A DNA stretch of 35,179 nt, taken from assembly GCA_964255285.1 (NCBI GenBank), contig CAXUUL010000081.1, positions 1-35,179 of the forward strand, read 5' to 3'. This document shows, piece by piece, positions 23,662-35,179 of this stretch (position 1 is the first letter of the stretch; the number at the start of each line of letters is the position of its first letter). The position numbers were made by a program, and so were the translations under genes. This DNA comes from Ionaspis alba. Taxonomy: Eukaryota. A model generated the notes under the pieces. It was not told where the DNA came from and made no database searches. It saw only the letters and a list, made by a program, of their open reading frames with translations.

Positions 23662-26632
23662 ATGTCCAAACGGAACTCCCTTCTGGGTTCTCGCCGTTTT
23701 TCAAATCAAGGCTTCCAGCAGCTGCCAGACCTGCCCACAGCCAAGATGAGCAATCCGAATGATGCCACCATCGATATCCCGCTTACCGCCGTCACTACCA
23801 AGACTGGAGCACGCCGACAAGAAACCTCCCCAAACGATACAACGAATGAAAAAGCTGGCTTTCTCAGAAGACATGGCGGCGGAGGACGTCGAAAGCAGAA
23901 AAAGGACGATGCTTCGCCGGGCCTGGACCCAGAAGCTGATACTCTGACGCGTATGGGGAGGATCTACAACAAAGTTCTGAACTTCTCAATCGTCACCCGT
24001 TACTTTTTCTATGTTCTTCCGCTGGCTGCAATGATAGCAGTGCCTATTATTGTGGGAGCTACTGCTAAGCCAAAGGCCAAATTTGGAGGCGATGATGGTG
24101 TTCGAATCGTCTGGATCTTTACCTGGGTCGAGATTGTCTGGCTTAGTCTTTGGGTTTCCAAGCTATTTGCCAAGTCAATGCCATATATTTTCCAATTTCT
24201 TTGTGGCATCGTGAGCTCTGGAACACGCAAATATGCTTTGGTTTTGAAGTCTTTGGAAATACCTCTCTCGCTCGCTGGCTGGGCTTTGGCTTCGCTAGCT
24301 ACATTCAAACCCGTAAGTGACAGGACGTTTCGTGTATCCATGTTGCATCCATACTAATGAATTTGCAGTTGATGACCCAAAACCCTGATCAGAAAGCGGC
24401 GAACCAGACTGAACCCAAAGACTGGGAGACTGTCATGGAACACATTCTGGCGGCAACCTTGATTACTTCGCTCATTTTTCTTGCAGAGAAGCTGCTAGTA
24501 CAGCTCATCTCCATTAGCTACCACCGGATGCAATATGAAACCAAGATCAGAGAATCTAAGCACAGCATTCATTTGCTCAGCCTGCTTTACGATGCCTCAC
24601 GCGCTTTGTTTCCAGCGTACTGCTCCGAGTTTGCCGAAGAGGATGTCCTCATCAATGATTCGATCAACTTAGGTACTAGTAAGAGTCCGAGCGGCCATGC
24701 TAGGTCGGGATCTGCTACTCCGATGCGTCTCCTCGCAAACGTCGGACAGAATGTCGGACGAGTGGGCGATAAGATCACGGCTGCATTCGGCAACATCGCT
24801 CATGAGGTCACTGGAAAGCAGGTTTTCAATCCCACTGCAGCCCATTCCGTCGTCGTCGAAGCCCTTGAAAAGACCAAGTCCTCGGAGGCATTAGCAAAGC
24901 GCATCTGGATGAGCTTTGTTGTCGAAGGGAGAGACGCTCTTTACCAAGAAGACATTGCCGAGGTTCTTGGAAGTGAAAGAGAAATTGAAGCCGAGGAATG
25001 CTTCGCATCTTTGGATCGTGATGGGAATGGTGATATCAGTCTTGACGAAATGATTCTTACTGTCTGTGAATTTGGTCGGGAGAGGAAGTCCATTGCCAGT
25101 AGTCTTCATGACGTTGATCAGGCTATCAATGTACTGGACAACCTTCTTTGCACAATTGTATTCCTCCTTTGCGTGTTTGTCTACGGTAAGAGCGTCCCCC
25201 AAGATTGATGATTGCTTGACTGATTATACATAGTGGGCTTTCTGAATGCATCCTTCACAACGACACTTGCGACCGCCGGGACGGCACTTTTGTCGTTGTC
25301 TTTTGTCTTTGCAGCAACGGCCCAGGAAGTACTTGGATCTTGTATCTTCCTATTTGTCAAGCACCCCTTCGACGTGGGTGATCGAGTTGATATTTCAGGC
25401 GAGCTACTTGTCGTTGAACGTATCTCCCTACTTTTCACAGTCTTCAAGAAGATCCAAAACCACAAAACTACCCAAGTCCCCAACATTGTCCTCAATGGCG
25501 TATGGATTGACAACATCTCGAGGTCAAAAGCGATGCGGGAACAGCTTCTCATGTATATCAGCTTTGACACCTCTCTTGAAGACATTCAGCTCCTCAAGAA
25601 AGAAATGCACAATTTCGTCTCCGACAAAGAAAACTGCCGCGACTTTCAACCAGATGTCGATGTCGAAGTTACGGGCATAGCTGAGATGAACAAGCTGGAG
25701 CTGAAGGTCGAGATCAGGCATAAGGTTGATGCCTTCCCCTCTTCTTACTTCCAAGTGTCTTGGCTAACAAGTATTATCCACAGTCCAACTGGTCAAACGA
25801 AGCTATCCGCGCTTCTCGTCGTTCAAAATTCATGTGCGCCCTCGTCCTCGCGCTCCGCAAAATCCCCATCTATGCACCCGGCGGCGGAGGTGCCGCTCTC
25901 GGCAGTGCCGATCAACCTACCTACTCCGTCTCCGTTCCAGACAGCGTAGCAGCTGCCAATCGCGACGCTTTCGCCAAGGCCAAAGAGGCCAAACGCTTCG
26001 TGCCCACTTCAAAACCTGCACCACCACCTCCGACACGCTCCCCGTCGAATCCCTTTACCCGAGCACATATACCCTCCGCTCCTTCGGCTCCTCCCGCTGA
26101 AACCTCTGCTCTCACAAACCTCAATACCCGGAATCCAACCGCCGACCCTGCACACGAATGGCAGGATTCTCCGCCGGTGCCGTCCTCACCGCCATCAGAT
26201 CGACGCTCCTCAGACCTCGAAGAAGTACGCGGACTTTTACATCGGCAGAGTACGCGTGGCAAGAGGAAGGGCGGCGAGACAGTGACTCCGAAGCGGCCAA
26301 GGCAAGAACCACCAGGCGGCGCTGTTCCCACTATTGAAGAGGGCCATCCACTATTCAGGGATTACGCCCCTGGTGGTGTGACGGGATTGGCATCATCCAG
26401 TCACCAGCAACCACTCCAGTATTATCCGACAGGTTCGCCGATGGGGCTATCTTTGGCTGGGCAGAGTCCCGAAACGGGCTACTTCCCAATCAGTCAAAAT
26501 GGACCACAAGGCGGCGCACAGGTCAGTAAGCCGTTTCCTAGAACGGAGGGTGAAGGCCAAACTCAGCGGTGGAAGGAGCGGAATAATGCTTTTGCTATGG
26601 AAATGGAGGGGAGTAAAAGAGGAGCGCCGTAG
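23662..26632 (+). CDS. MscS-like mechanosensitive ion channel with EF-hand (Msy1/Msy2-type), ~935 aa, 4 exons
   Basis: Exons 23662-24312, 24369-25185, 25234-25724 and 25784-26632 (alternative start 23746). Multiple TM helices, EF-hand DRDGNGDISLDE, and MscS core IFLFVKHPFDVGDRVDI...LVVERISLLFTVF...QVPNIVL...IDNISRS. Confidence 0.93.
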
Positions 26633-27116
26633 GCTTGGTTCGGTCCCGTATGAGGATAGCCGATTGGCCCAAAAGTTATGTGATATCTGCTGCAATGTAT
26701 CCACACTATATGTGAGCTTCTGGGTAGCCCATGGTTATAGATTTGCCCGAGTCTTAATGTGATGTTCCTACTACGAAGTATTACTGTCACAGAGAGATAC
26801 TAGGATTCACTCAAGTTTACGACTTAATAACTACATAAGTTGGCAAACTCATTCCTAGCGAATTACTCACTATCCTTGATCAGTACTGAGGTATTCGTAA
26901 CGGGCTGTGACCTCTTCAAAATTGCCACACAATGATCTTCTGAGATTGCATGATAGAAGGGTACTCATGCATTGCCAAGCAGAGCAATTTCAAGCACTTC
27001 AGTGTTGATTGGTCAAAAATCTAAGATTCAGCCATCTACATACAGCGTTCCTGCAAGCAATATGTCGTCGTGCTGGCGGGAAAATGCTTATGAAACCCAG
27101 CCCCCTTTCAGATTCT

Positions 27117-28035
27117 CTACGCGTCCGGCAATCGGAGATAGAGCCAATGTAACAGCTTTCCAATGCTAGCCGACCCTTCGTGAACCCCTTCACCGCAAGC
27201 CAGACTCTCAACATGCTGCACCAATCCACTGAGCAGGACAAACCTCGCATCACACTCAGGACACTTGTAAGCATAAGGCCGATGAGTGGCAGAGTGCAGA
27301 TGGCGATGAAGGTCTTTCTCGTTATTGAATTCTGCATTACAGTTGTTGCACCACCAGACCTTGGCCCAGTCATCCCATTCCCCTGTCGCAAGCGGGGAAG
27401 AATATTGGTTGTGGGTCAAGAAGTGAGCGTACTCTTCAGCAATATACTTCTTCCATTGATAGCATTGACGAGCTAAACGATCCATGTCTTCCACCTGGAC
27501 TGTGCAGCCGTTTTCGAGATGAATTATCATCGCCGCGAAGGTTGCGAAGGTGCGGGAACACACGAAGCACTCTTTGTCTTGGGGAAGGTGGACCTGAGCA
27601 TGCTGAAAGCTAGGGGTCAGTGTTACTCGGCGAAGGACATTGGGAGTCTTGAACTTTGAATATACCTGCTGCAACTCATTTGGAGTCCAGAAATCATAGT
27701 CACACTGCTCGCACACGTTGTGGTCTCTATCCGTACGGCGATGCTGCTCGAGCTGCTCTCGAGAACAGAAGTCGTAGGCGCTACCATGGCTGATACAGCG
27801 ACTGCACTCCCAGTGGCTCGACGACATGCGCTTGTGCGACGCCAGAGCTTTTTCGTCAACGAAGGCTTTGTTGCAACGATAGCAATATTCGTGGCGACCA
27901 GAGCTTAGATGCTGCCTCAGGGCCTGTTGGTGAACGAAACTGCGGCCGCAGAAGACGCATTCGTGTGTTCTTCATGGGATCGGATTAGAAAGGGATAATG
28001 GACGCCAGATTGGAGTGCACGTACTGGTAGAGCAT
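27117..28035 (-). CDS. Multi-C2H2 zinc-finger protein (~266 aa, 3 exons)
   Basis: Exons 28035-28025, 27969-27666 and 27602-27117. Fingers include CVFCGRSF...LRQHLSSGRH, CYRCNKAF...LASHKRMSSSH, CEQC...LQQHAQVH, CFVCSRTF...MIIHLENGC, CNNCNAEF...LHRHLHSATH and CPECDARF...LVQHVESLAC. Confidence 0.88.
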
Positions 28036-28975
28036 GGTCGTGTCGACCTCCCGTTCTGTATGACTAGTAACCAGCTATTGTAAAACCTTCCTCGCCAGAG
28101 CAAGTTGCCCCCGCAGCTGGGTCCAAAGTCGTTTTGTTCTCAGACGGATCTGCCTGTGTTTGCACTCAGGGGTGTCTGGGGTGTCCATCAACATGATGAC
28201 TGGGCCAGTCACAGCAGGACTTAGCACCGCGAGGCTGCGGGAAGGAGCGGAGAGAGCATGGGGGAGTCCCTGCTTGTATAATCCATGTATTGTGCTGTGT
28301 CCAATACTAGTCAACTATTTGTTTTTGTGAATGTGCATACAACATCTTCCGGACAAGATAATGGAGATTTGTGATGGGCAACTTTACTGAAGAGGACCTT
28401 GGCTCGCTAATGTTGACTCCCTCGACTCTCGAGCTCATTGATAGGCGCCATAAAGTGGCTCAAAGTGGTTAGTGCACTCTGATCCATAGTGCGGATCTTG
28501 CCAGCCCTATTAGCTGATAACAAAAATTCGCGACCGATCACCATTCCACAAACACCATATGCGCCTATGGCATCTTCCATCTCGCCCTAAGCTTTCGAGT
28601 GCGCATCTCGAAAATGTCGACGCAAGACTTTCATTCTTTTTCGTGAGCACAAAGTTCTTCTGTACGCCGTGAGAACGGATTCGTTTCAAGAAGAGGTGGA
28701 TGAGGTCGAGTTCAAAAAGTAGGCAGTTCAGCCCATATCCCTTGATTTACTTGTTTTTGCCTAGCTTTTTTGTGGCACCTGAATGTTGAGCACTTATTGC
28801 ACAACCACTGTTGCTTTCTATTCGGTGAAGTGGTCCTCGGTCTCCGTGCGTGGGTGCACAACACGCAAGACGTGTATCAACGTCATTCTCGCTCAACTTA
28901 TTCTCCCAAACGAGGAGGCAAATCGATGCGAAATGAGCGTGTCGCTAAAAATTTATGTACTGCAGGGACTTCGCA

Positions 28976-31900
28976 ATGTACGCTCATCCGTCGACTTACT
29001 ACGATGATCCTCCGCCTCCGCCTCCACCTGAATTGCCGCCTCTCCCGCCTGGCCGTCCTCCACCATCAATAATGTATCGATTTGGTACTACCAACTCAAA
29101 TGGCGGACCTCATGAGCGTGGTGGCGATACTGGCTTTGACTATCGTGCCAACGATGCAGCACCTCAATATCCGAAGCATGATCTTTATCGCCCAGGCGCT
29201 TCAATTACAGAGCAAAGCCGCATGGCTGACAACCGAAGACAACGTGGACATGATCGGTCAGAACGCCAAGTTGCGGCCAATGGAATTAGACGGAGAAATA
29301 GATATAATTCGAACAGAGGTCGGGTGCACCCAAAAACGCCCACAGCCGATCGCCCGCTTTTGAATTTCCAACGTGGTACCACACCCGATCAGCTGGCTGG
29401 TATGAAGGAAGATCAGCAAGGGGCTCGTCGCTTTCTCGACATTGATGATATGTCTGACAGCCAAGAGGAGGAGATGGATGAGTCAGAGCAGGACAATTAT
29501 GATCCTATACTGGATACGGTGGCAGCAGGAGACGTCACACAAGATGTTCCACAAAAGCAACTGGTCGACACTGGCACACAGGCTGTCAATGAAGACGCGG
29601 TCGTTGAGACAGGATCACCAGAAAAGAAACAGACAACTGCCTTTCCCAAATGGTCAAACCCAGAATACTACACGGCGCTCCCGCCACCAGATGAATCGCA
29701 GAGAAAGAGAAAGGATGTCGTGAAATTGATCCGCAAAGCGCGTGTCAACGTCGAGAAGCAAAAGCAAGTCCCAAGCCAGGCCGCCGCGAACGATGATTTC
29801 ATCTCGTTTAATTTCGCGGACGAAGACCAAGCTTTAGAGGACGAAGGTGGCAGTGAGAGCGATGCATCGGACTATGGCAAAGGTGTTCCAGGCGCACCAT
29901 CCGGACCTCGAGTTCCCACAATTCGTGGCCAAGGGCTGGCTCAAATACCTGGAGTAAATGGAGCTTTCACGCCGATCAACGTTATCGGACCCCCTCCAAA
30001 CGCTGTGGCTGGCCTACCTCCAAAGCCCGCAGCCATTGACAATCCAGGTCAGACCGAAAGTAGAAAACGGCAACGATCGATTGAGTCCGTCAATGGAGAG
30101 GCACTTCGTGCTCCAAAACGCAAGAAAGGCGTTACTCCATTCTCTGGTGGATACGTTTTGGACGAGTGGATCTCACCTAAACCCGCCAACCCTATACCTT
30201 GGGTGACTCACTCGCACAAGCTGACGGAGAGCCCTGGTTTTCGGTATTTGCTTGTTCCCAGAACTTGATGAACTCCTGAACTGACAGGGCATTAGACTTC
30301 ACAAAGAGATCTGCGATTTCTACGACTTTGTGAAACCTCGTGAATTTGAGCAAGTTGTTCGAGAAGATCTACTCAGTCGGATGCGGAAGGTAATTAAAGC
30401 GTGGAGTAAGCAGGAATGCGAACTTCATTGTTTTGGGTCGTTTGCTGCTGGCATATATCTTCCCAATGCCGATATGGATGTCGTCGTCGTCTCTCGCAAC
30501 TTTCTGAGCGGCGGCTATCCAGACGTTTGCCAAAGCTCCAGTCAGATGTACAAACTTGCGAAGCACCTCGAACGCAGAGGAATCGCAGATCCCGCTTCAA
30601 TCGAGATCATCTCGAAAGCTAAAGTCCCGTTGGTCAAGTTCATCGATCGCGTCACGAGTCTTCGAGTCGATATGTCGTTTGAGAACGAAACGGGGCTCAT
30701 TGCGAATGATACGTTCACGAAATGGAAGCAAGCATACCCTGCGATGCCCATAATCGTCACTGTCATCAAGCAGTTCTTGATGATGAGAGGCCTGAACGAA
30801 GTTGCCAATGGGGGCCTCGGAGGTTTCTCAGTAACATGTCTCGTAACGAGCTTACTGCAAAATATGCCAAGGGTGCAGCTTGGCCAATTAGCTCCAGAGA
30901 ACCATCTTGGTGAGATACTGATTGAGTTTCTCGATCTCTACGGGAATCAACTGGATACCAATCGCACAGGAATCATGATGAATCCACCTGGATATTTCGA
31001 CAAAGTGAGTGGCACAATTCGTTACTAGTCCCGTGATCCAGATGCTTATACCCTTCACTAGCGGAAGTCTCATATGCCTAGTAAGGCCGATCGACTTGCC
31101 ATCATTGATCCAAACAAAGCCGACAATGATATATCTGGTGGCTCCAAGAACGTCATGCTGATATTTAGTCGCTTTTCACGGGCTAGAGAGGAGATCCTGC
31201 AAGCCATGCGAAGCTCGAACCGTGCAAGTTTGCTGGACTGGATGCTGGGTGGCAATTATAACAACTTTCTATGGCAAAGGAATCGTCTTCGGGAGTGCTA
31301 CGACGCTCAACGAGGAGATCTTGGCCCAGATCACGAGTAAGTCTAAGGTCTTTCCTTTCTCGTCAGCGTCTCTGAGTAAATCAGAGATAGTGATGCGTTA
31401 GGCGAGGATGTCTCTTTGTCACAGCCACCCAACGAAGAGATCCAGAATTCTGACTCAGGCGCTGTCCTAGCTGATGGGAAAGATCATCAAAATGCACCAC
31501 TCACTGGACAACAGCACCCTTCCACATTGCCCAAACCAGTAGCAGAGCATACTGAACCTATTCTCGCTCCGTCTGTTAGAACCAAAAGAAGATTGCGGCA
31601 CAAGGAACATAACATGCAGCTTCCCATACCTATGATCGATTTTTCAGCTTTGAAGCAGGCGAAAGATGCACTGAGCTCTGTGCAAAAAGCCCAGCGAAGG
31701 TTGGAGGCGTATCGAACCAGTGAGAGAAAGAGAACCGGACTCAAGGGAGATCCAGCCATGAGACTGAAGATCACACAACAACAAGATGAGATGAACAGAT
31801 GCCGTGCAGCCATTTTCAAACTTGAGTACCCAGAAATAGTAGCCGTCAAGAAGCTCCCTATTACTACTACGAAGAGCAAGGAGAAGCTTATCAAACGACA

Positions 31901-32357
31901 ATACGAGGAAAAATATGGCACATTAGCTCCACGTCCGAAACCAGGACCCCAATCCGTGCATCCTCAAGCAAAGCTTCCTCAAGCGAAGACCACTGAGGTG
32001 AAGCCTACTACAACAAACCTCACCCCTTCAAAGCCTGTTCAAGCAGATTTGACAGCAGGGATAGAGAAGACTGAAAAAAAATGGCGTATGGCAGAAAAAC
32101 GAGAGTGTCGAGCCCGGAGATTTAAGCAGAACCATCCAGACATCAAGGATGTTCCTGCAAGACTATCTATCAAACAGGCCAAGAGGCTTTTATCGACCGC
32201 TGGTGCTCCAAAGTCCGATAATGAGGGTCGTGCTACTCGTGCTAGCCAGCGAATTGCCACTCGACACATATCTCAGGCAAGCGTCGATGCTATGCCTGTC
32301 CGAGCTGACATATCGAGGGTGGGAAATTCGATCGATTGTCCTATTACTATCGATTGA
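28976..32357 (+). CDS. TRF4: Non-canonical poly(A) polymerase Trf4/Cid14/PAPD5 (TRAMP subunit); ~751 aa if it stops at 31340, ~1074 aa if intron 31337-31384 is spliced
   Basis: Exons 28976-30243, 30296-31004, 31062-31336 and probably 31385-32357. Nucleotidyltransferase motif FGSFAAGIYLPNADMDVV, KAKVPLVKF, RVDMSF, KQFLMMRGLNEVANGGLGGFS, LIEFLDLYG, LAIIDPN...NDISGGS. Confidence 0.93.
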
Positions 32358-33342
32358 AGCCTGTACTTCTTGTCTAGCAGAGGAAGGAGAGGTTTCAATT
32401 TCACTACTGATGTTGTATCAAAAGATGTCTATGATAAGCAGGGCGTTTGATTTTAGATTTTCCATGTTCGCATGGCCATGGCGTTAGCTGACAGTGGAGC
32501 TACTAGGTCGATATGATTGCCCATACCCATTTGCATTGCATTGCTAGCTGGAGCATGGGTTACGGTGGCATGGTACGACGATCGAGAGCTGCTTTTACAC
32601 GACTGCACAGATAGATAGACATGAGCTCTTCTTCCATTTTCCCCCTTTCTCCATGTGAACCCATGATATGAAATCACATACTTTTGCCAGGTTGGCGGTT
32701 TCTGCTGACCAATTCTCGTGCTCCAGATTTGGGCTCACGGTGAATATGGCCGCCGAGAGACTCACCAGAGCTCTTATGAACGCTCAAGCATCCTCTGCGG
32801 GAAGCTACGTCGAACGAGCCGTCTCTGGCATTGACACCTTTACCTCTGTCTTAGTTGGCTAGGTTCAAGTGGAGGTGTCAAAACCAGGACACCTTTCTCA
32901 TCGCAGCAGTGCTATATGCACTGCTGTGAAGAGAACTGGTTACTCTCTGACACAATTGCGCATGAGTATGGGTTGTCTGCGGTTCAAATGGCAAGCATGG
33001 AAGACGATCTTCCTGTTGGCGGTGAACCCAGTTTTATGGCAGGCTTCTGCCGCATTCTCCCGCACGTTCACACCAGCTCGATAACCTCATCCTTCTCGTT
33101 GGATGTATCTTGTCTAGATCCTGAGATCTTTTTCTTGCCTCATGAGAGCTGGCTGGGCCTTGGCGAACAAGGATTTGGTCCGTGCGAATACTGAGTGCAG
33201 AAACTTATATCAGATCAGATCACATTTTCGAAGTCCTGAAGGAGGAAATCCAGTTCTTCAAGTAACCAACATTTAATGCAGCCAACAAGTCATTCGGCAT
33301 CGTGTCTCACGACAAAGGAGACCAAAACCCTGGTACTATCAA

Positions 33343-34597
33343 ATGCAAAGGGACACAATCAGAAAGCCGATGCACCTGATAAATGGCTTCGACAAGCAGT
33401 GTGTCAGTCACAGCAGCAGGCAATTGTGCGATGATTTGACCATACAAATTGATGCACGGAGTACATCCTCGACCATTCAGGCGTTCGCCTCATCTAAAGT
33501 ACGTGCCCACTGTCAGCCGTATTCGTACTACTGCAGACGTGGTTGACTTGGCGCACTTGGCCGTCAAGATCATTATCCTACGTCCTCCTCACTTCGAACT
33601 TCGATAGATGGCGCTTTACCAAGACCTGTGGGAGAATGTATGACTTGGCAAGTAATGGTACAAGCTGGGAAGACGGCCACTTCCTGATCTGTCGAATCAC
33701 CGGCCTCACCACGTGCATTCCTGATCCAGTCCGCCAGCTCTCTATTTTGACATTTCTTCTCAGCTACCTGGAGGCATACTGCGATGAGCAGAACGTCGAT
33801 GTCATGTGAATGACGTTAGGGAGAGATGAATGGTTGGCAAAGCTCTTGATCATGGTGGGTTTCGAGCACTTCGGCCAGAACGAAGACGGACATGAAGACA
33901 ATCGCGGGGAGGGGAAAGAGATCCTATGGAAGAAGGTTCGTGGGAGCCAAGGTGAGTGGAACCATGGGCAGAACCTGGACGTGGAAACGGGCTTTGGTGG
34001 AAATGTCAATGAAGACTCTAGCTTCAATGGTGACCGAAAGATCGAGGGTAATTCTATGCATAATCTACAAGGATCATCTCTCTGACTGCACTACAGAAGC
34101 TGACAGAATTCCAGAACCCGCACCCAAGCCATCATCTCCTATGGAGGAAGAGGAGGAAGCCAAACGAGCAGCATCATACCTCAAACGCTTTTCCGAATTG
34201 TACCCCCGCCCATCCGTGAGACTACCACGAACCTCATTTCTGGCTGCAGCCGACGCACCGATTGTTTCGACTCTATCTCACAGTCCACTCAAGAGCCATC
34301 TCGTTAGCCTTCCTAGGAAAGATGTTGTATCATCTGATCGTTTATTGAGATACTTGCCAACCTCATTAGAAGCCTTCGAACCTAATCAGTCCATCGACGC
34401 TATCTCCATTATCGCCGCCAGGTTCCCCATGCTCCTCTCGTCTTGCTCGTTCTGACGAGCGGATGTCTCGGAAAAGAAAAGCATCAAGCTCAGAGCCTCT
34501 TCCATCTGACAAAGCCTTCATGCACCGTCTCAGCTTGAGTGAGAGAGAAGAGGAGGACATAAAGCGGATGAAAAGAGCGAAGAGGTTGGCAGCATGA
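33343..34597 (+). pseudogene. Stop-interrupted multi-exon gene with a weak GNAT-acetyltransferase-like segment
   Basis: Putative introns 33499-33536, 34048-34096 and 34327-34369 each join adjacent ORFs in frame, but a TGA at 33807-33809 remains (DVM*MTLG). LLSYLEAYCDEQNVDV...LAKLLIMVGFEHFG loosely resembles GNAT C-terminal motifs. The 5' end is uncertain. Confidence 0.4.
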
Positions 34598-35179
34598 CAT
34601 TTCTATCTCTTATCAACATATAGCTTTGCCAGACCTCTGAGATGTTGAAGAGAGCTTGGTGGTGCCAATAACTTTGACATGGGCCTGCGAAACTTATAGT
34701 TATACAGCAAAGCTTTATTCTCTACTAGAACCTGCACAGATCGTCCTGCTACCCAAAATTCTGGGACTTGCTCTGTTTCAAAACATCCTGTACTACACGC
34801 GTATTTGACTTCGACGGTGCCGTTTGATCAGCTCATGCTACAATCTAGCAGCATTTCAACCTTAACGAGGTATTGACAGCTTCTCAGCCACGATCCCCAA
34901 TGCAATATACTAATTCATTTACCTCATCGCTCTTCATCTTGCTATCACTTTGACTCTCCGCAAATAGGTCCCTCAGCATGTTCACTTGTTACGAGAAAAC
35001 TCGAACGAGATTCTACATCTGAATTCTTGTATTCCATACAGCACATCCACACAACATCTAGCATACAGTACACCAACTATCCCCCCGTCACAGCCAGATG
35101 AGAAGCAGCCCATACATCGCGCCCAGCGCCGGAGCTAAATCGTATGCAAACTAGTAGAACAAGGTATATCCACCGCCAC

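Noticed and set aside
28444..28510. tRNA-like A-box (GTGGCTCAAAGTGGTTAGTGC) in the zinc-finger/Trf4 divergent spacer
   Set aside because: No GTTCRA T-loop at the proper distance and no acceptor stem; the nearest B-box-like sequence is more than 200 nt away.
417..32357. Secondary-metabolite gene cluster
   Set aside because: No PKS, NRPS, terpene synthase or tailoring-enzyme set; the genes are functionally unrelated housekeeping or orphan loci.
32668..33194. Short plus-strand ORFs upstream of the interrupted GNAT-like locus
   Set aside because: They may be further decayed 5' exons, but I could not build a consistent frame or intron model.

Overview
Intron-containing, gene-dense genomic DNA from a filamentous ascomycete (Pezizomycotina-like GT..AG introns of about 40-120 nt with CTRAC/CTAAY branch sites; the species cannot be identified from the window). 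I spliced the ORF fragments by hand into 12 well-supported genes plus one interrupted locus. In order: a Crt1/LacpB-type cellodextrin/lactose sugar porter (-); a mitochondrial UbiB/ABC1 atypical kinase (Cqd1-like, -) head-to-head with cytochrome c heme lyase (+); an orphan Cys-rich/F-box-like protein (+); a probable CENP-P/Ctf19 kinetochore subunit (+); a stand-alone TET/JBP-like 2OG-Fe(II) dioxygenase (-); a membrane RING-H2 E3 ligase (-); a secreted Cys-rich repeat protein (+); a PLP-homeostasis protein (PLPBP/YggS, -); an MscS-like EF-hand mechanosensitive channel (+); a C2H2 zinc-finger protein (-); and a Trf4/Cid14 poly(A) polymerase (+). A stop-interrupted, possibly GNAT-like gene lies near the right end. 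The most notable element is the TET/JBP-like dioxygenase (HxE...HGT...R motifs, basic NLS-like tail) with no transposase nearby, a candidate nucleic-acid base-modifying enzyme. No RNA genes, CRISPR arrays or recognisable transposons were found. Family calls rest on remembered motifs and homolog sequences, not on database searches.
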